64,000 nucleotides of DNA from an uncultured delta proteobacterium (GCA_963771465.1 CAVYTU010000015.1:1-64000); one strand, 5' to 3'. Counted from the first letter of the stretch, positions 40,937-51,243 are shown. The notes: generated from the letters alone by a model not told the origin. Numbers and translations: made by a program.

Positions 40937-42274
40937 CTAACGAATCTTCCGTGCCTGCGGGCTGAGCACGTACAAAGCGAAAAGACACAACGCACCGATG
41001 AAACTCATCAGCGCCGTCGCCGCCGGCGCGCCGACGGCCGATGCCAGCACGCCGATAACCATGCCGCCAGCCATCAAGATCACGTGGGTCTGGTGAAACA
41101 GCGCCATGGTTCGGCCGCGAAATTCGCGCGGCGAATAGGCTTGGATCACGGTCTGCACCAGTGCATGGGACGCCACGTGGCAAAGACCCATGATCGCCAT
41201 CAGCGCCATCGAGAGCGGAAACCACGTCGACATGGCGAACACGACAACTAATAAACCGTACACGCCGACACCGCCAATCATCAGGATACCACGCGGTAAG
41301 CGGTCGCCGAGGGATGCGATCAACACCGAACTGGCCAAAGCGCCGATGCCCATCGATGTAAGAAGCAATCCTTGTCCTTTGGCGCCCACGCCCAGCAAAT
41401 CGCGGGCGAACACCGGCAAAAGCGTGTTGAAAGGAATAATAAAGAACGACGCGTAGGTGACGACTAGCAGGCCGGTACGAACCTCGTGGTTCTGCCAACT
41501 GAACTTCCAGCCGCTGACGATGCTTTGAATAAACCCTTCGCCATTGGCGCCGTGGCCATGGGCGCCGCCGGACGAACGGGTTTCGGCGCGCAATTTGATC
41601 GTCCAGATCGTCGCCAAGACATAAAACACCGACTGCACGGCGTAAGCGCCGCCAGTGCTCCAGCCGGCGATGATCAGCCCGGCCACGGCCGGGCCGGTGA
41701 TGCGCGCGACATTGAACATCATCGCGTTAAGACCGATGGCGTTAGTCAGCGATTCCGGCGGCACGGAATCGGAAACCATGGAAGCGCGCGACGGTTGCTG
41801 AAAAGTCCAAACCGAAGCCATCAAAACCGCGGTCACATAGACATGCCACGGTTCGATGGCGCGGGCGAAGATCATAACGGCGAGCAGACCGTATAAAAAC
41901 GCATCGACCACCAAGGCGACCATCACTTGCGATTTGCGCGAGTAACGATCCGCCGTGCTGCCAGCGATGGGCGCTAACAGAAGTATCGGCAGCGCCTGGA
42001 CACCGCGGATGAGACCTAACTGGAAAGAGGAATTGGTCAACTCGTAAATCAACCAGCCGCGCGTCACCTGATCCATCCAGGTCGCCATGGAGGAAAACAC
42101 ATTACCGATCCACAACAGGCGATACTCCGAGTGGCGCAGCGCTTCGAATATTTTCAGCTCAAGGAAGCCTATAAGCCACAAACGGACTTTGTCTATTACG
42201 GCGCCATTGGCGGGCTTTACCATCGCCTCCGTATCGCGGTCCTTCGGTAGCGGCGAATTTATTTGCGAATCCAT
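40937..42274 (-). CDS. MFS transporter, paralog 2
   Basis: Shares WMDQVTRGWLIYELT.S..QLGLIRGVQA with the neighbouring MFS gene. Confidence 0.9.
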   Translation of the reverse strand: MDSQINSPLPKDRDTEAMVKPANGAVIDKVRLWLIGFLELKIFEALRHSEYRLLWIGNVFSSMATWMDQVTRGWLIYELTNSSFQLGLIRGVQALPILLLAPIAGSTADRYSRKSQVMVALVVDAFLYGLLAVMIFARAIEPWHVYVTAVLMASVWTFQQPSRASMVSDSVPPESLTNAIGLNAMMFNVARITGPAVAGLIIAGWSTGGAYAVQSVFYVLATIWTIKLRAETRSSGGAHGHGANGEGFIQSIVSGWKFSWQNHEVRTGLLVVTYASFFIIPFNTLLPVFARDLLGVGAKGQGLLLTSMGIGALASSVLIASLGDRLPRGILMIGGVGVYGLLVVVFAMSTWFPLSMALMAIMGLCHVASHALVQTVIQAYSPREFRGRTMALFHQTHVILMAGGMVIGVLASAVGAPAATALMSFIGALCLFALYVLSPQARKIR

Positions 42275-42471
42275 GGCAGCAGAAACAAGCGGAAGACATC
42301 CAGGCTATATCACGCGCCATTCGCTAGCGTCCAGCCGATGACGCGTGGCGCTTGCCGACTTTTAAATTCTGAATTTTATCTTGCTGACGCAGCGGGTAGA
42401 TCCACAACGAATCCCGCGGGCTGATTCAAGGTTGAGCGTGAGAAGAGCGCCGTCGCCGAGGACAAGTGCCA

Positions 42472-42494
42472 CCCAAGGTGAAGTTCACCTTGGG
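42472..42494 (-). terminator. Perfect hairpin downstream of the HhH gene
   Basis: CCCAAGGTGAA-G-TTCACCTTGGG, 12 nt past the stop at 42507; no T-tract. Confidence 0.45.
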
Positions 42495-42506
42495 CGGACG
42501 GCATGT

Positions 42507-43157
42507 TCAGTTGAGGGTCACGTAGCGCTCCAGCCGCGCCACTTCTTTCTTATCCACATACTTGCCGATCTCTTTGCGAAACTGTTCGATAGTCGTGTAG
42601 GGCCGATACTCTTTGAACTCGCGCAGCATGCGCTTGCCCGTGCCGGGGATACTGAGTATGTCTTCGTCGCTGGCACCATTGAGACTCACCGGCACGAACA
42701 CATACTGTTCCAAGCGCGCTACTTCTTTGATGTCAACATATTTGCCGATCTCCTTACGAAACTGCGCCATGGTTTTATAGGGACGATACTCGCGGAATTC
42801 GCGCAGCATGCGGTTGCCGACCCCGGGGATCATGAGGATCTCTTCCTGGCTCGCCGTGTTGAGATTGATCTGCACGAACATCTTGGCGTAAAGCTCGGCA
42901 AGCTGCTCTTTGCTCAGCGATTTCGCCAAGAGCGCGTTCAAATCCGCCATGCGCGGGAACGGCCGCTGTTCGAGAATACTTTTAACCATCGCGGAGTTCA
43001 TATGCGGCAACGCAAGCAACTCTTTCTCGTGGGCCAGATCCGGATTGACTAACAGCGATTGCCCGACTTGACTGCGAACGATAGTGGCCGTGGCAAGAGC
43101 GAATACGACGATGCCCAGAAGGGCAAGTGAAGTTATTTTCATTCGAACCATATTCAT
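42507..43157 (-). CDS. Exported helix-hairpin-helix repeat protein (ComEA/PsbU-like HhH)
   Basis: N-terminal hydrophobic segment; repeats INLNTASQEEILMIPGVG and VSLNGASDEDILSIPGTG plus one degenerate repeat. Confidence 0.8.
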   Translation of the reverse strand: MNMVRMKITSLALLGIVVFALATATIVRSQVGQSLLVNPDLAHEKELLALPHMNSAMVKSILEQRPFPRMADLNALLAKSLSKEQLAELYAKMFVQINLNTASQEEILMIPGVGNRMLREFREYRPYKTMAQFRKEIGKYVDIKEVARLEQYVFVPVSLNGASDEDILSIPGTGKRMLREFKEYRPYTTIEQFRKEIGKYVDKKEVARLERYVTLN

Positions 43158-43621
43158 TCTCCCCTTTTCTCCAACCCGCCCAGTGCCGGGTGTTTGTAGG
43201 TGTAAACCAATCCGATTAGTCCGAGCTGAACCATGGCGCCCGGCGCCAACAGCGGCGGCGCTTTGCCGCGAATCGCTTCCCAGAAGAGCGCCATGCCGTC
43301 CAGTTTTGGGTTCGACTCCAGCTTGAACTCGGCGCTTCCCTGAAAGTGAAAGTAGACGCCGGCCAAACCGCTAATCACGAATGCCAGCATCAACCAGCGC
43401 AGCGCTTGAGTGCTCATGGCGCTGCGACTCGACCAATGCCACGCCAGCGCGATCAACGCCGCGGCGAGCAGGATCAATGGAATCCACTGGCGCCAATCCT
43501 CGGTGTGCGCGAGCAAAATCAATTCCGTCGTGCTGCCCACCATTCCGAGGGCCAGAACCGCCAGAAGAATTTTACGCACGACCGCAAGAATCGCCGCGGC
43601 ATCAAACGTCACGGAGGTCAT
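43154..43621 (-). CDS. Hypothetical 4-TM membrane protein
   Basis: Four hydrophobic segments; ATGA overlap with the HhH gene; start uncertain. Confidence 0.65.
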   Translation of the reverse strand: MTSVTFDAAAILAVVRKILLAVLALGMVGSTTELILLAHTEDWRQWIPLILLAAALIALAWHWSSRSAMSTQALRWLMLAFVISGLAGVYFHFQGSAEFKLESNPKLDGMALFWEAIRGKAPPLLAPGAMVQLGLIGLVYTYKHPALGGLEKRGE

Positions 43622-43886
43622 CGTAAGCGCGCTATCCTCGCCGTCGCCGTAGGACGACATACTTGGTTTGACGCTGGAACCACGCATAAGGTTTAGAACA
43701 TGGTGCGATATTTTCAATCGTCGCTACGAAGATTATTTCGCACGAATTGGAATTGCCACCAGCGCTTTTCTCCAACATAGGAATTCAGCGACTGGAAAGT
43801 TGTGATTTTTCCCCTACTATTTCCGCCGACCGATTGGCCCCAGGCTTGCGATTAGTAACGGCGAGATCGAATTACTGGGAGGAAAC

Positions 43887-44138
43887 ATGAAACGACATCT
43901 CATCCAAGGCATTATCGTTGGCACGCTCTTCGCTCTACCGATCACCTGGATTGCGGCACTGGACGCGTGGGCGGATGGTACGTATCTCGAAATACTTTCG
44001 ACCACCGTCTTCGGATTAGCCGCCGGCCTCTGCATTGGGGGTTTGATCGTCGCCAATTTTGCCATGCTCGATCTAGAGGACGAAGAAAAAGCCCACGCCC
44101 CGGCGCGCCGGCCCATCGAAGCCCACGCCAACGCGTGA
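43887..44138 (+). CDS. Small 2-TM hypothetical protein
   Basis: GGAGG RBS; two hydrophobic helices and a charged tail. Confidence 0.65.
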   Translation: MKRHLIQGIIVGTLFALPITWIAALDAWADGTYLEILSTTVFGLAAGLCIGGLIVANFAMLDLEDEEKAHAPARRPIEAHANA

Positions 44139-44239
44139 GTTGGAGCAGTTATCCCGAAGCTAAACTCCGCCCACGCCGGCGATCTCGAATAGAATATCGA
44201 CGAGCCCGCCGCAAGGCGATCGTCGAAGAATCGATCAGG

Positions 44240-44551
44240 TCAGACGAACAGCACGAACATTTTCATCATCAGAAAAATGCCGAGGCAGGAGTACACGTAA
44301 GCAAGAACGGTCAACCCTTGAGTCGCGACGACACCAACCCTGTGGCGCAGTAAAAAAATCAGAATAACCAGCGCGCAGCCGAGCACCTTGCCGTAAAGCA
44401 GCCCGCCCATCACGCCCCAGTTGGTAATAAACGTAGCGACTACCGGATTTTCTTCCGGCACACCGGCAGCGAGGATGTGATAGGACGCCAGTCCGTCCAC
44501 GATCTGAAGTAACAAATTCACGACCAAGAGTTGAACGAGCGAAGCGTGCAT
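44240..44551 (-). CDS. Small membrane protein (DUF5658-like)
   Basis: LQIVDGLASY...GVPEENP...YGK pattern with 3 TM helices. Confidence 0.65.
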   Translation of the reverse strand: MHASLVQLLVVNLLLQIVDGLASYHILAAGVPEENPVVATFITNWGVMGGLLYGKVLGCALVILIFLLRHRVGVVATQGLTVLAYVYSCLGIFLMMKMFVLFV

Positions 44552-44691
44552 AGCCGGCGTCCAGCAAGATACTTATTTGCCCAACGATCAGCTTGTCGCA
44601 ATCTGTGCGTGCAAGCAGACCAGATTGTCGATGGGTAATTGCCAATGCCATGCCGCGCCAATTCGTCATCGAATGAATAGTTTTACTCCCA

Positions 44692-44712
44692 AAAATTGAC
44701 GTAGGTCATTTT
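44692..44712. promoter_or_regulatory. Palindromic CRP/FNR-family-like operator in a divergent promoter region
   Basis: AAAATTGAC-GTAG-GTCATTTT (TTGAC-N4-GTCAT; FNR consensus TTGAT-N4-ATCAA). Confidence 0.4.
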
Positions 44713-44880
44713 ACAGATTGCCCGCAAATTCGCTTTTCTACGGCAGAACGGGCAACCATATCCTCATGCGCTCCACAGGGTTACTCCACTTGTGCTGACG
44801 CTGCCAACGCAAATAGGTTAGAATCACTCAATCCAGCTATCGATTTGCGCTCGAAGTCTATTTTTTCCAGGGAGAAATTC

Positions 44881-45564
44881 ATGAATACTTGGCTAAACCC
44901 GCTGCGCCGTTCCGCACTCGTACTATTTGTGCTTCTTGTGTGCGCCGGCGCGGACGCCGGCGAGTCGACGCCGGTGTTGACCGCGCGCGACTATGACGTG
45001 CCGCTTTATGCGCGGCAGGATCCGGAAAGCGAACCGCTCGGTAGGCTTCAACAAGGCGAAGTGCTCACGCCCATCATCGAAAGCGTCGGCCAAGAAATCT
45101 GGTACATGGTGCGGACTAAACAAGGGCAGGTCGGCTGGGTGCGCGGCGCCGACGTTGTCGTCAGTAGCCAAGTCAAAGACACGTTTAGAGAAAAAGAAAC
45201 GGCGTCATCGTCGTGGGCGGCGCGCACCGAGGACGGCCGGACGTTCGTCGGCACTTTCACCGTCGCGCCGAACCCAACGGCACGCGCCGCGCGCGGTTTC
45301 TGGACCCTCAAGGACGCCGGCGGCGCCACCGTTATGAGCGGGGGCTGGTCGGCCGAGATGCACACGACGGGTGTGAACGGCACTTGGCGAGCCTCCGCCG
45401 AAGGACGGCAGGGCGATTTTAGCGGCAGTTGGTCGGCTGAACTGGCGCAAGGGAAGAAGGTCGGACTGATGGAAATGTTCGAAGCCGCTATCCAGGACGC
45501 CGTCCGCGGCCTATGGACCGGTGGCGGCCAGTCCGGCAGTTGGACGATCCGGACTTTTAAGTAA
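44881..45564 (+). CDS. Secreted SH3b-domain protein
   Basis: Signal peptide; LGRLQQGEVL...WYMVRTKQGQVGWV; C-terminal GxW(S/T) beta repeats. Confidence 0.7.
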   Translation: MNTWLNPLRRSALVLFVLLVCAGADAGESTPVLTARDYDVPLYARQDPESEPLGRLQQGEVLTPIIESVGQEIWYMVRTKQGQVGWVRGADVVVSSQVKDTFREKETASSSWAARTEDGRTFVGTFTVAPNPTARAARGFWTLKDAGGATVMSGGWSAEMHTTGVNGTWRASAEGRQGDFSGSWSAELAQGKKVGLMEMFEAAIQDAVRGLWTGGGQSGSWTIRTFK

Positions 45565-45771
45565 ATCAGCTCCAAGTTCACCTCGAATAGAATTGTCATT
45601 AGATCGTTCTGAATCGGCAAATATAGCAATTTTTTTTCCGCTCATAATGAGTCTGTGATACCATCGGGCGGCGTCTCGAGTTCTCGGCCACAAATCGAGT
45701 AGTCCAACGTATCTTGTCGATCAGTGAGGGCCGATCGAATTCACGAGTAACAACTGCTAGGAGAACACTTG

Positions 45772-46596
45772 ATGGATTCGCCCGCCATGCCCCGTTTTGA
45801 AGCGATGACGTTCGGCGCCCTGCTCGATCGCGCCTTTCGGCTCTATGCTAACAATTTTGCTCTTTTGCTCGGCATCACAGCGGTTGCCTATGTGCCGCTT
45901 TACGCCCTGATACTGGTGATTCATGCGAGCCTCACCGGGGGCGTCAGCGCGACCGCTAGCCTGTCGGCGCTCGTCGTCCAGGTGATGTTTATCATCTTGT
46001 GGGCCAGCATCGCGCTACCGATCTCAACCGGCGCCGCCACTTTCGCCATCAGTGAACGTTACTTGGGTAATCCGGTTACCAGCGCCGAAGCGCTGCACCA
46101 CGCGCTGAAAAATCTTTGGACGATGTCCATCGCCCAACTGAGCGCCGGGGTGCGCATCATGATCGGCTTCATTCTGTTGATCGTCCCCGGAATTCTCTGG
46201 TCGCTTTCGTACGCCCTGATCATCCCAGCGGTGATGGTCGAAGGCCTCAAAGCCGGCCCCAGTCTCAAGCGCAGCGCCGAGCTCGCCAAAGGCCACCGCG
46301 GCAAAGTTTTCGCGATCATGGTGGTGATCAATCTCCTCGTGATACTGCTTAGCTCCGGCGTCGGCAGCATCGCCAAGCTGGCGTTGGACGTGGAATCCAC
46401 CGGCGGCGCGATATTCGCCAATGCCATCGACAACTCGGTAACCATCCTGCTTACTCCGTTAGGCATCGTCGCGAACATTCTGCTCTATTACGATCTGCGC
46501 ATTCGCAAAGAGGGCTTCGATTTGGAAATGCTCAGCCGCTCCTTTGGCACCGCCAGCGCCAACCCCGGCGCCCCGGCGCTTGCGTCCGATCCATGA
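45772..46596 (+). CDS. Integral membrane protein (GPDPase-membrane-domain-like), first gene of the MoxR operon
   Basis: MTFGALLDRAFRLY...LLYYDLRIRKEGFDL; AGGAG RBS. Confidence 0.75.
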   Translation: MDSPAMPRFEAMTFGALLDRAFRLYANNFALLLGITAVAYVPLYALILVIHASLTGGVSATASLSALVVQVMFIILWASIALPISTGAATFAISERYLGNPVTSAEALHHALKNLWTMSIAQLSAGVRIMIGFILLIVPGILWSLSYALIIPAVMVEGLKAGPSLKRSAELAKGHRGKVFAIMVVINLLVILLSSGVGSIAKLALDVESTGGAIFANAIDNSVTILLTPLGIVANILLYYDLRIRKEGFDLEMLSRSFGTASANPGAPALASDP

Positions 46597-46704
46597 ACTG
46601 CGGTCGCAATGGAGCGAGTCGCAGCACGAGAATTTTTTGGACGCCCTCGCCGCTAGATCTGCGGTGAATTACCGTCACAGTAATTACGTAAACCCGAATT
46701 TTTA

Positions 46705-47367
46705 ATGGCCGCTGCACAAGTCCCCGATCCCGAAACCATCCGCAACGTCGCTCGGCAGATTGTCAATCAGCCGGAGTACAATGAGCCATGGCCGTGGCTC
46801 GAGAAGCTGGTCGCGTTCGGCAACATGATCAAAGACTGGCTCAACCATCTGGAAGCCTGGGCCGCCGCCAATCCGCAGCTAGCGCGAGTGCTCGCCATCG
46901 TGATCGTGATTCTTCTGCTGCTTTTGTTGATCCATCTCCTTTATCTTGCTTTTGGCGACTTGATGCCGTGGAAAAAAAATCGCGGCAATCTGTCGCCGCG
47001 CTCTTCGCGCTGGGAAATCTTGGAAGGGACCGCGACCAACTGGCGCGAGGCGGCGGCGCTCGCGCTACGCTTGCTGCAAGAAGGCAACCTGCGCCGCGCC
47101 GTGTGGATCGCCCATCGGGTCATGCTCGGCCTGTTGGACGAGCGCGGCGCGATCAAATTCGCCGGGTGGAAAACCAACTCCCATTACTTGCGGGAATGCG
47201 CCGCCAGCCATCCCTGGTACACCACCTTCGCCGAGCTGAGCTCGGTCTATGAGCGCGCGGTCTACGCGCAGCGGCCCACCGTCACTACTGCCGTAGAATC
47301 GCTAGTCCAGCGCGTTGACGCCATGACCAAGGAAATAGATCGAGAGATTGCCCATGACGCTCGATAA
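46705..47367 (+). CDS. DUF4129 domain membrane protein
   Basis: One TM helix, then LDERGAI...KTNSHY...YERAVY. Confidence 0.75.
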   Translation: MAAAQVPDPETIRNVARQIVNQPEYNEPWPWLEKLVAFGNMIKDWLNHLEAWAAANPQLARVLAIVIVILLLLLLIHLLYLAFGDLMPWKKNRGNLSPRSSRWEILEGTATNWREAAALALRLLQEGNLRRAVWIAHRVMLGLLDERGAIKFAGWKTNSHYLRECAASHPWYTTFAELSSVYERAVYAQRPTVTTAVESLVQRVDAMTKEIDREIAHDAR

Positions 47368-48574
47368 GCGCAACTGGATGCTCGCCGGCGCCGCGATTGT
47401 GCTGCTATTCGCGCTCGCGGCGGTCTTGGCATCGCTTTCCGGCGATCGGCGCTCGGACGATTTTCTGCGCCGCCCGTCGACCTATTTTACCGATCCAAGC
47501 GGCGCCCGGGCATTGTTGCTCGTCATGCGCAAACTGCTGCCCGCAGCCGAGCAGTGGCGCAAACCGCTGACGCAACTGCCGCTGCCCGATCAGCCGCACG
47601 CCGTCAATACTTTGATCGTCGCAAGCCCGCTCCTGCCGCTAGCAAAAACCGAAGCCGCACATCTCGATCGCTGGCTCGCCCATGGCGGCCAATTGATTCT
47701 CGCCAGCAGTGACGGCTGGCCGGTGCGCCAGCGGGCAGTGAATGAAAGCGGCAACGAGGGGACGAGCGAGCAAGAGAATAAACCGGATGTGAAAAAAACC
47801 AGCTACCTGTTCACCCACGCACCGGCGCTGCAATGGTCCAAAGCGAGACGAATCAACACCGGCGAAGTGAACGGCCCGTCGATACCGAGTAAATCGCTGA
47901 ATCTAAGGTGGCAGCAACACTTCAGCACGACCGGTGCAGCGAAAATCCTCGCCGCGTCAGATACTGCCGTGCTGGCGGTGGAGTTACCCGTCGGCCAAGG
48001 ACGCATCGTCGCCATTGCCGACCCGACCGTGCTGAATAACCGCGCACTGCGCGCCGCTGACAACGCGGTTTGGTTAGTGACCCTGGCCGCCGCCTGGGGC
48101 AACGGCGTGACTTACTTCGACGAATACCATCACGGCTTTGGCGTTCAAAAGAGCGCCGTCAGCCTAGCCTGGGCCTTTGCCAAAACTCCCTGGGGCTGGT
48201 GCGTTGGCCAGATTGCCGCCGCCGGCTTGCTCTACATCTTTGTCTATCGCCGGCGCTTCGGGCGCATCAGCGAAGCGCCGGCAGCCACTCATTCGAATCC
48301 CCTCGAACTGGTCGACGCCCGCGCCGGCATATTTCACGCCGCCGGCGCCCAGCGCTTGGCGGCGCAGTCGATCATGCAAAATTTATCGCAGGAGCTAAGC
48401 CAAGCGCACGGTCGGACGATCGATGTGGCGAGGGTAAGCGAGTACGCCGATAAGAGTTTGGCCGAGCTGCAAGCGCTCGCGGCTAAAACCGAGCGCGGTG
48501 AGAAGCTGAGCGATCGCGAGTTTATCCAACTAGGCCGCTTGGCCGGCGTAGTGAGCAAAGGACGCAAACCGTGA
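47354..48574 (+). CDS. DUF4350 domain protein
   Basis: PSTYFTDPSGARAL, WLAHGGQLIL, GQGRIVAIADP..LNN, FDEYHHG, RRFG. Confidence 0.8.
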   Translation: MTLDKRNWMLAGAAIVLLFALAAVLASLSGDRRSDDFLRRPSTYFTDPSGARALLLVMRKLLPAAEQWRKPLTQLPLPDQPHAVNTLIVASPLLPLAKTEAAHLDRWLAHGGQLILASSDGWPVRQRAVNESGNEGTSEQENKPDVKKTSYLFTHAPALQWSKARRINTGEVNGPSIPSKSLNLRWQQHFSTTGAAKILAASDTAVLAVELPVGQGRIVAIADPTVLNNRALRAADNAVWLVTLAAAWGNGVTYFDEYHHGFGVQKSAVSLAWAFAKTPWGWCVGQIAAAGLLYIFVYRRRFGRISEAPAATHSNPLELVDARAGIFHAAGAQRLAAQSIMQNLSQELSQAHGRTIDVARVSEYADKSLAELQALAAKTERGEKLSDREFIQLGRLAGVVSKGRKP

Positions 48575-48594
48575 GCGAAGACGAGAAACCAGTA

Positions 48595-48676
48595 TTCACC
48601 ACGAAGGACACGAAGCGCACGAAATTCGAGTTTGAATTATCCTACGCTTCGCGGCCTTCGTGATCTTCGTGGTGAA
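48595..48676. repeat. Palindromic element with 9-nt periodic arms (family A), best-preserved copy
   Basis: TTCACCACGAAGGACACGAAGCGCACGAA ... CTTCGCGGCCTTCGTGATCTTCGTGGTGAA. Confidence 0.85.
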
Positions 48677-48703
48677 AATAATTTCCGCGTAAAGGCATAC
48701 TAC

Positions 48704-49672
48704 ATGAACGAAACCAACCTCGCACCGGATATGTTGAATCTCGGCCGCGCCGTGCAGAGCGAAATCGAGCGCGTCATCCACGGACAACCGGCAGCGATCC
48801 AGAATTTACTTGTCGCATTGACCGCCGGCGGCCACGTTTTGCTCGAAGGCGTGCCCGGCGTCGCCAAGACACTCTTGGCGCGCAGCCTCGCCGCCGCGCT
48901 TCGCTGCACGTTCGCGCGCATTCAGTTCACGCCCGATTTGATGCCGTCGGACATCACCGGCGTCAACGTCTTTAACGCCGCTGCGGGTAATTTTGCATTT
49001 CGCCCCGGGCCGCTGTTCGCCGATATCGTGCTCGCCGACGAGATTAACCGCGCGCCGGCGAAAACCCAGTCGGCGCTGCTCGAAGCGATGCAAGAGTATC
49101 AAGTCAGTATCGACGGCGAGACCCGGCCGCTGCCGCCGAGCTTTACAGTCGTCGCCACGCAAAATCCCATCGAGTACGAGGGAACCTACCCGTTGCCCGA
49201 AGCGCAGCTCGACCGCTTTCTCTTGAAGATCGTGATCGATTATCCCGGCGAGGATGACGAACGAGCGATGCTCAAGACCATGCAGTCGTTGGGCGAGCGG
49301 TCCGCCAAGCCGCATGGCGTTATCCAACCGGTCGCCGGGCCGGAGCAGCTGGCACAACTGCGGGCGCAGATGCACGCCGTCCGGGTCGACGACGCGGTGC
49401 TCGAATATGGGCTCAGAATCATTCGCCAATCGCGCTCGCTGCCGAGCCTCACCCTCGGCGCCAGTCCGCGCGCCGCGTTGATGCTGCTGCAAGCCGCCAA
49501 AGCGTTGGCGCTGCTGCGCGGCCGTGATTACGTCACGCCGGATGAAATCCAAGTGATGGCGCCAACCGTGCTGCGCCACCGCGTTCGGCTCACCCCCGAA
49601 GCGGAGATCGAAGGCTTGAGCGCGGATAGCTGCATTCAGTCGCTGCTGTCGCAAGTGGAAATTCCGCGCTAG
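48704..49672 (+). CDS. moxR: MoxR-family AAA+ ATPase
   Basis: EGVPGVAKT, RIQFTPDLMPSDITG, LADEINR, ATQNPIEYEGTYPLPEAQLDRF, GASPRA. Confidence 0.95.
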   Translation: MNETNLAPDMLNLGRAVQSEIERVIHGQPAAIQNLLVALTAGGHVLLEGVPGVAKTLLARSLAAALRCTFARIQFTPDLMPSDITGVNVFNAAAGNFAFRPGPLFADIVLADEINRAPAKTQSALLEAMQEYQVSIDGETRPLPPSFTVVATQNPIEYEGTYPLPEAQLDRFLLKIVIDYPGEDDERAMLKTMQSLGERSAKPHGVIQPVAGPEQLAQLRAQMHAVRVDDAVLEYGLRIIRQSRSLPSLTLGASPRAALMLLQAAKALALLRGRDYVTPDEIQVMAPTVLRHRVRLTPEAEIEGLSADSCIQSLLSQVEIPR

Positions 49673-49711
49673 CCCGAATTATGTTACGAGGAAGCCTGAC
49701 GACACTGTGTT

Positions 49712-49885
49712 GATCGAGGTGTGACCCTGAAGGAACGAAGGCACCGCCGCGAATATTTCATCTTGGGCTCAGCGCTCGGCACGATGTTTGATTTTTTCAC
49801 TGCTGTTCTCATGAGCAGCTCGCCGCGCTTGCAGCTTCAAGGCACGACTGCTTTGCCTTCGTTCCGGAAGGGTCGCACCTTGACC
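49712..49885. mobile_element. 174-bp MITE-like element, copy 2, between moxR and DUF58
   Basis: GATCGAGGTGTGACCCTGAAGGAACGAAGGCA ... TGCCTTCGTTCCGGAAGGGTCGCACCTTGACC; same length as copy 1. Confidence 0.75.
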
Positions 49886-49950
49886 GCAATTTTGCCGCGA
49901 ATAATCCACGCTAGCTGAGGTCAACCATTTCTCTCATACCGACACTGCGC

Positions 49951-51243
49951 TTGATTCGGCTGCTCACGCTCGGGGCATTTTTCTGGCTGCCCGCCGCGTT
50001 TATTGCCGGCGGCGCGCTGGCGGGAATATTGTTTCTGGCGATTCTGTTTGCCCTCTGTTGGCGTGATTGGCGAACGATTCCTGCTGCCAGCCAATTGAGC
50101 GCCCGGCGCGAACTGCCGCCCCGTTTTTCCCTCGACGTCGAGCATCAGATCAAGCTGACCCTCGCCAATCGCTCAGCTCGAGCACTGCCCATCGCCGTGC
50201 GCGATGAGTTGCCCGACGTGTTCGAGCTTGAAACTAAATTACCTGCGGGGCAATTACCGGCTAACGGCGAGGCACAGTTCACCTACCACGTACGGCCGCG
50301 CCAGCGCGGCGCCTTCGCTTTCGGCGACGTCGTCGTAAGGGTCAGCGGCGCCACCGCGCTGATGCAAAAACAATTCTCTCTGGCCGTCGCCGACAGTGTC
50401 AAAGTTTATCCTAACTTCAAAGGCGTCGAACGTTACGAGCTGCTCGCTAAAATCGACGAGCGCGCGGAGTTGGTACGCCGACCGCGCTATCTGCGCGCGC
50501 CGGGCACCGACTTCGAAAGCTTGCGTCCTTACATTGCTGGCGAAGATCCACGCGCCATCGATTGGAAAGCCACCGCGCGGCGCGGTGCGCCGATCGCCAA
50601 GAACAAGCAGGTCGAGAAGGGCCAGCAGGTGGCGATCTTACTCGACGCTGGCAGGCTGATGGCCGGCACGGTCGGCAAGTACGCCAAGTTGGAACACGCG
50701 ATGAATGCGACGGTGATGCTCAGCTATGTCGCGCAAAAGCGGGGCGACGCCCTCGCCGTCGCGTCCTTTTCGAATAAGATCGAGTCGTTCCTACCGATGG
50801 TGCGCGGCCCGGCGTTGATGCCGCGAGTGCTGGAGTCGCTCTATCCGGTGCAAGTCCGGCCGGTGGAATCCGACTACTGGCAGGTCATCGCCGAGGTGAT
50901 GAACATGCTCAAACGGCGCAGCCTCGTGGTCTTGCTCACCGACGTGCTCGACCCGTCGGCCAGCGCTGGCTTGATCAATAATCTCGCGCGCGCCGCCGAT
51001 CGTCACTTGGTCCTATGCGTGGTCTTGACCGAGCCGAAGATTCGCGAGCTCGCGGAACAGATTCCGGCGACGGTCGTCGAGACCTATCAAAAAGCCGCCG
51101 CCGCTGACCTACGCCGGCGCCGCCGTCGCGCGCTCGAACAAATGCGCGCCCGCGGCATTCTCGTGCTCGAAACCGATCCCGAACATCTAAGCGTTCAGCT
51201 GGTGAAACGCTATCTGGCGATCCGCCAAGCCGACCTGCAGTAA
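49951..51243 (+). CDS. DUF58 / vWA domain protein (MoxR partner); true start may be 49927
   Basis: DFESLRPY.AGEDPRAIDWKATAR, LLDAGRLM, LVVLLTD. Confidence 0.9.
   Translation: MIRLLTLGAFFWLPAAFIAGGALAGILFLAILFALCWRDWRTIPAASQLSARRELPPRFSLDVEHQIKLTLANRSARALPIAVRDELPDVFELETKLPAGQLPANGEAQFTYHVRPRQRGAFAFGDVVVRVSGATALMQKQFSLAVADSVKVYPNFKGVERYELLAKIDERAELVRRPRYLRAPGTDFESLRPYIAGEDPRAIDWKATARRGAPIAKNKQVEKGQQVAILLDAGRLMAGTVGKYAKLEHAMNATVMLSYVAQKRGDALAVASFSNKIESFLPMVRGPALMPRVLESLYPVQVRPVESDYWQVIAEVMNMLKRRSLVVLLTDVLDPSASAGLINNLARAADRHLVLCVVLTEPKIRELAEQIPATVVETYQKAAAADLRRRRRRALEQMRARGILVLETDPEHLSVQLVKRYLAIRQADLQ

Noticed and set aside
40663-40965. Small ORFs at 40663-40878, 40696-40965 and 49721-49918 as a duplicated gene
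   Set aside because: They are translations of the 174-bp inverted-repeat element and lack RBS support.
48595-48676. CRISPR array or tRNA in the periodic palindromes
   Set aside because: There is no repeat-spacer structure, no cas genes and no cloverleaf.
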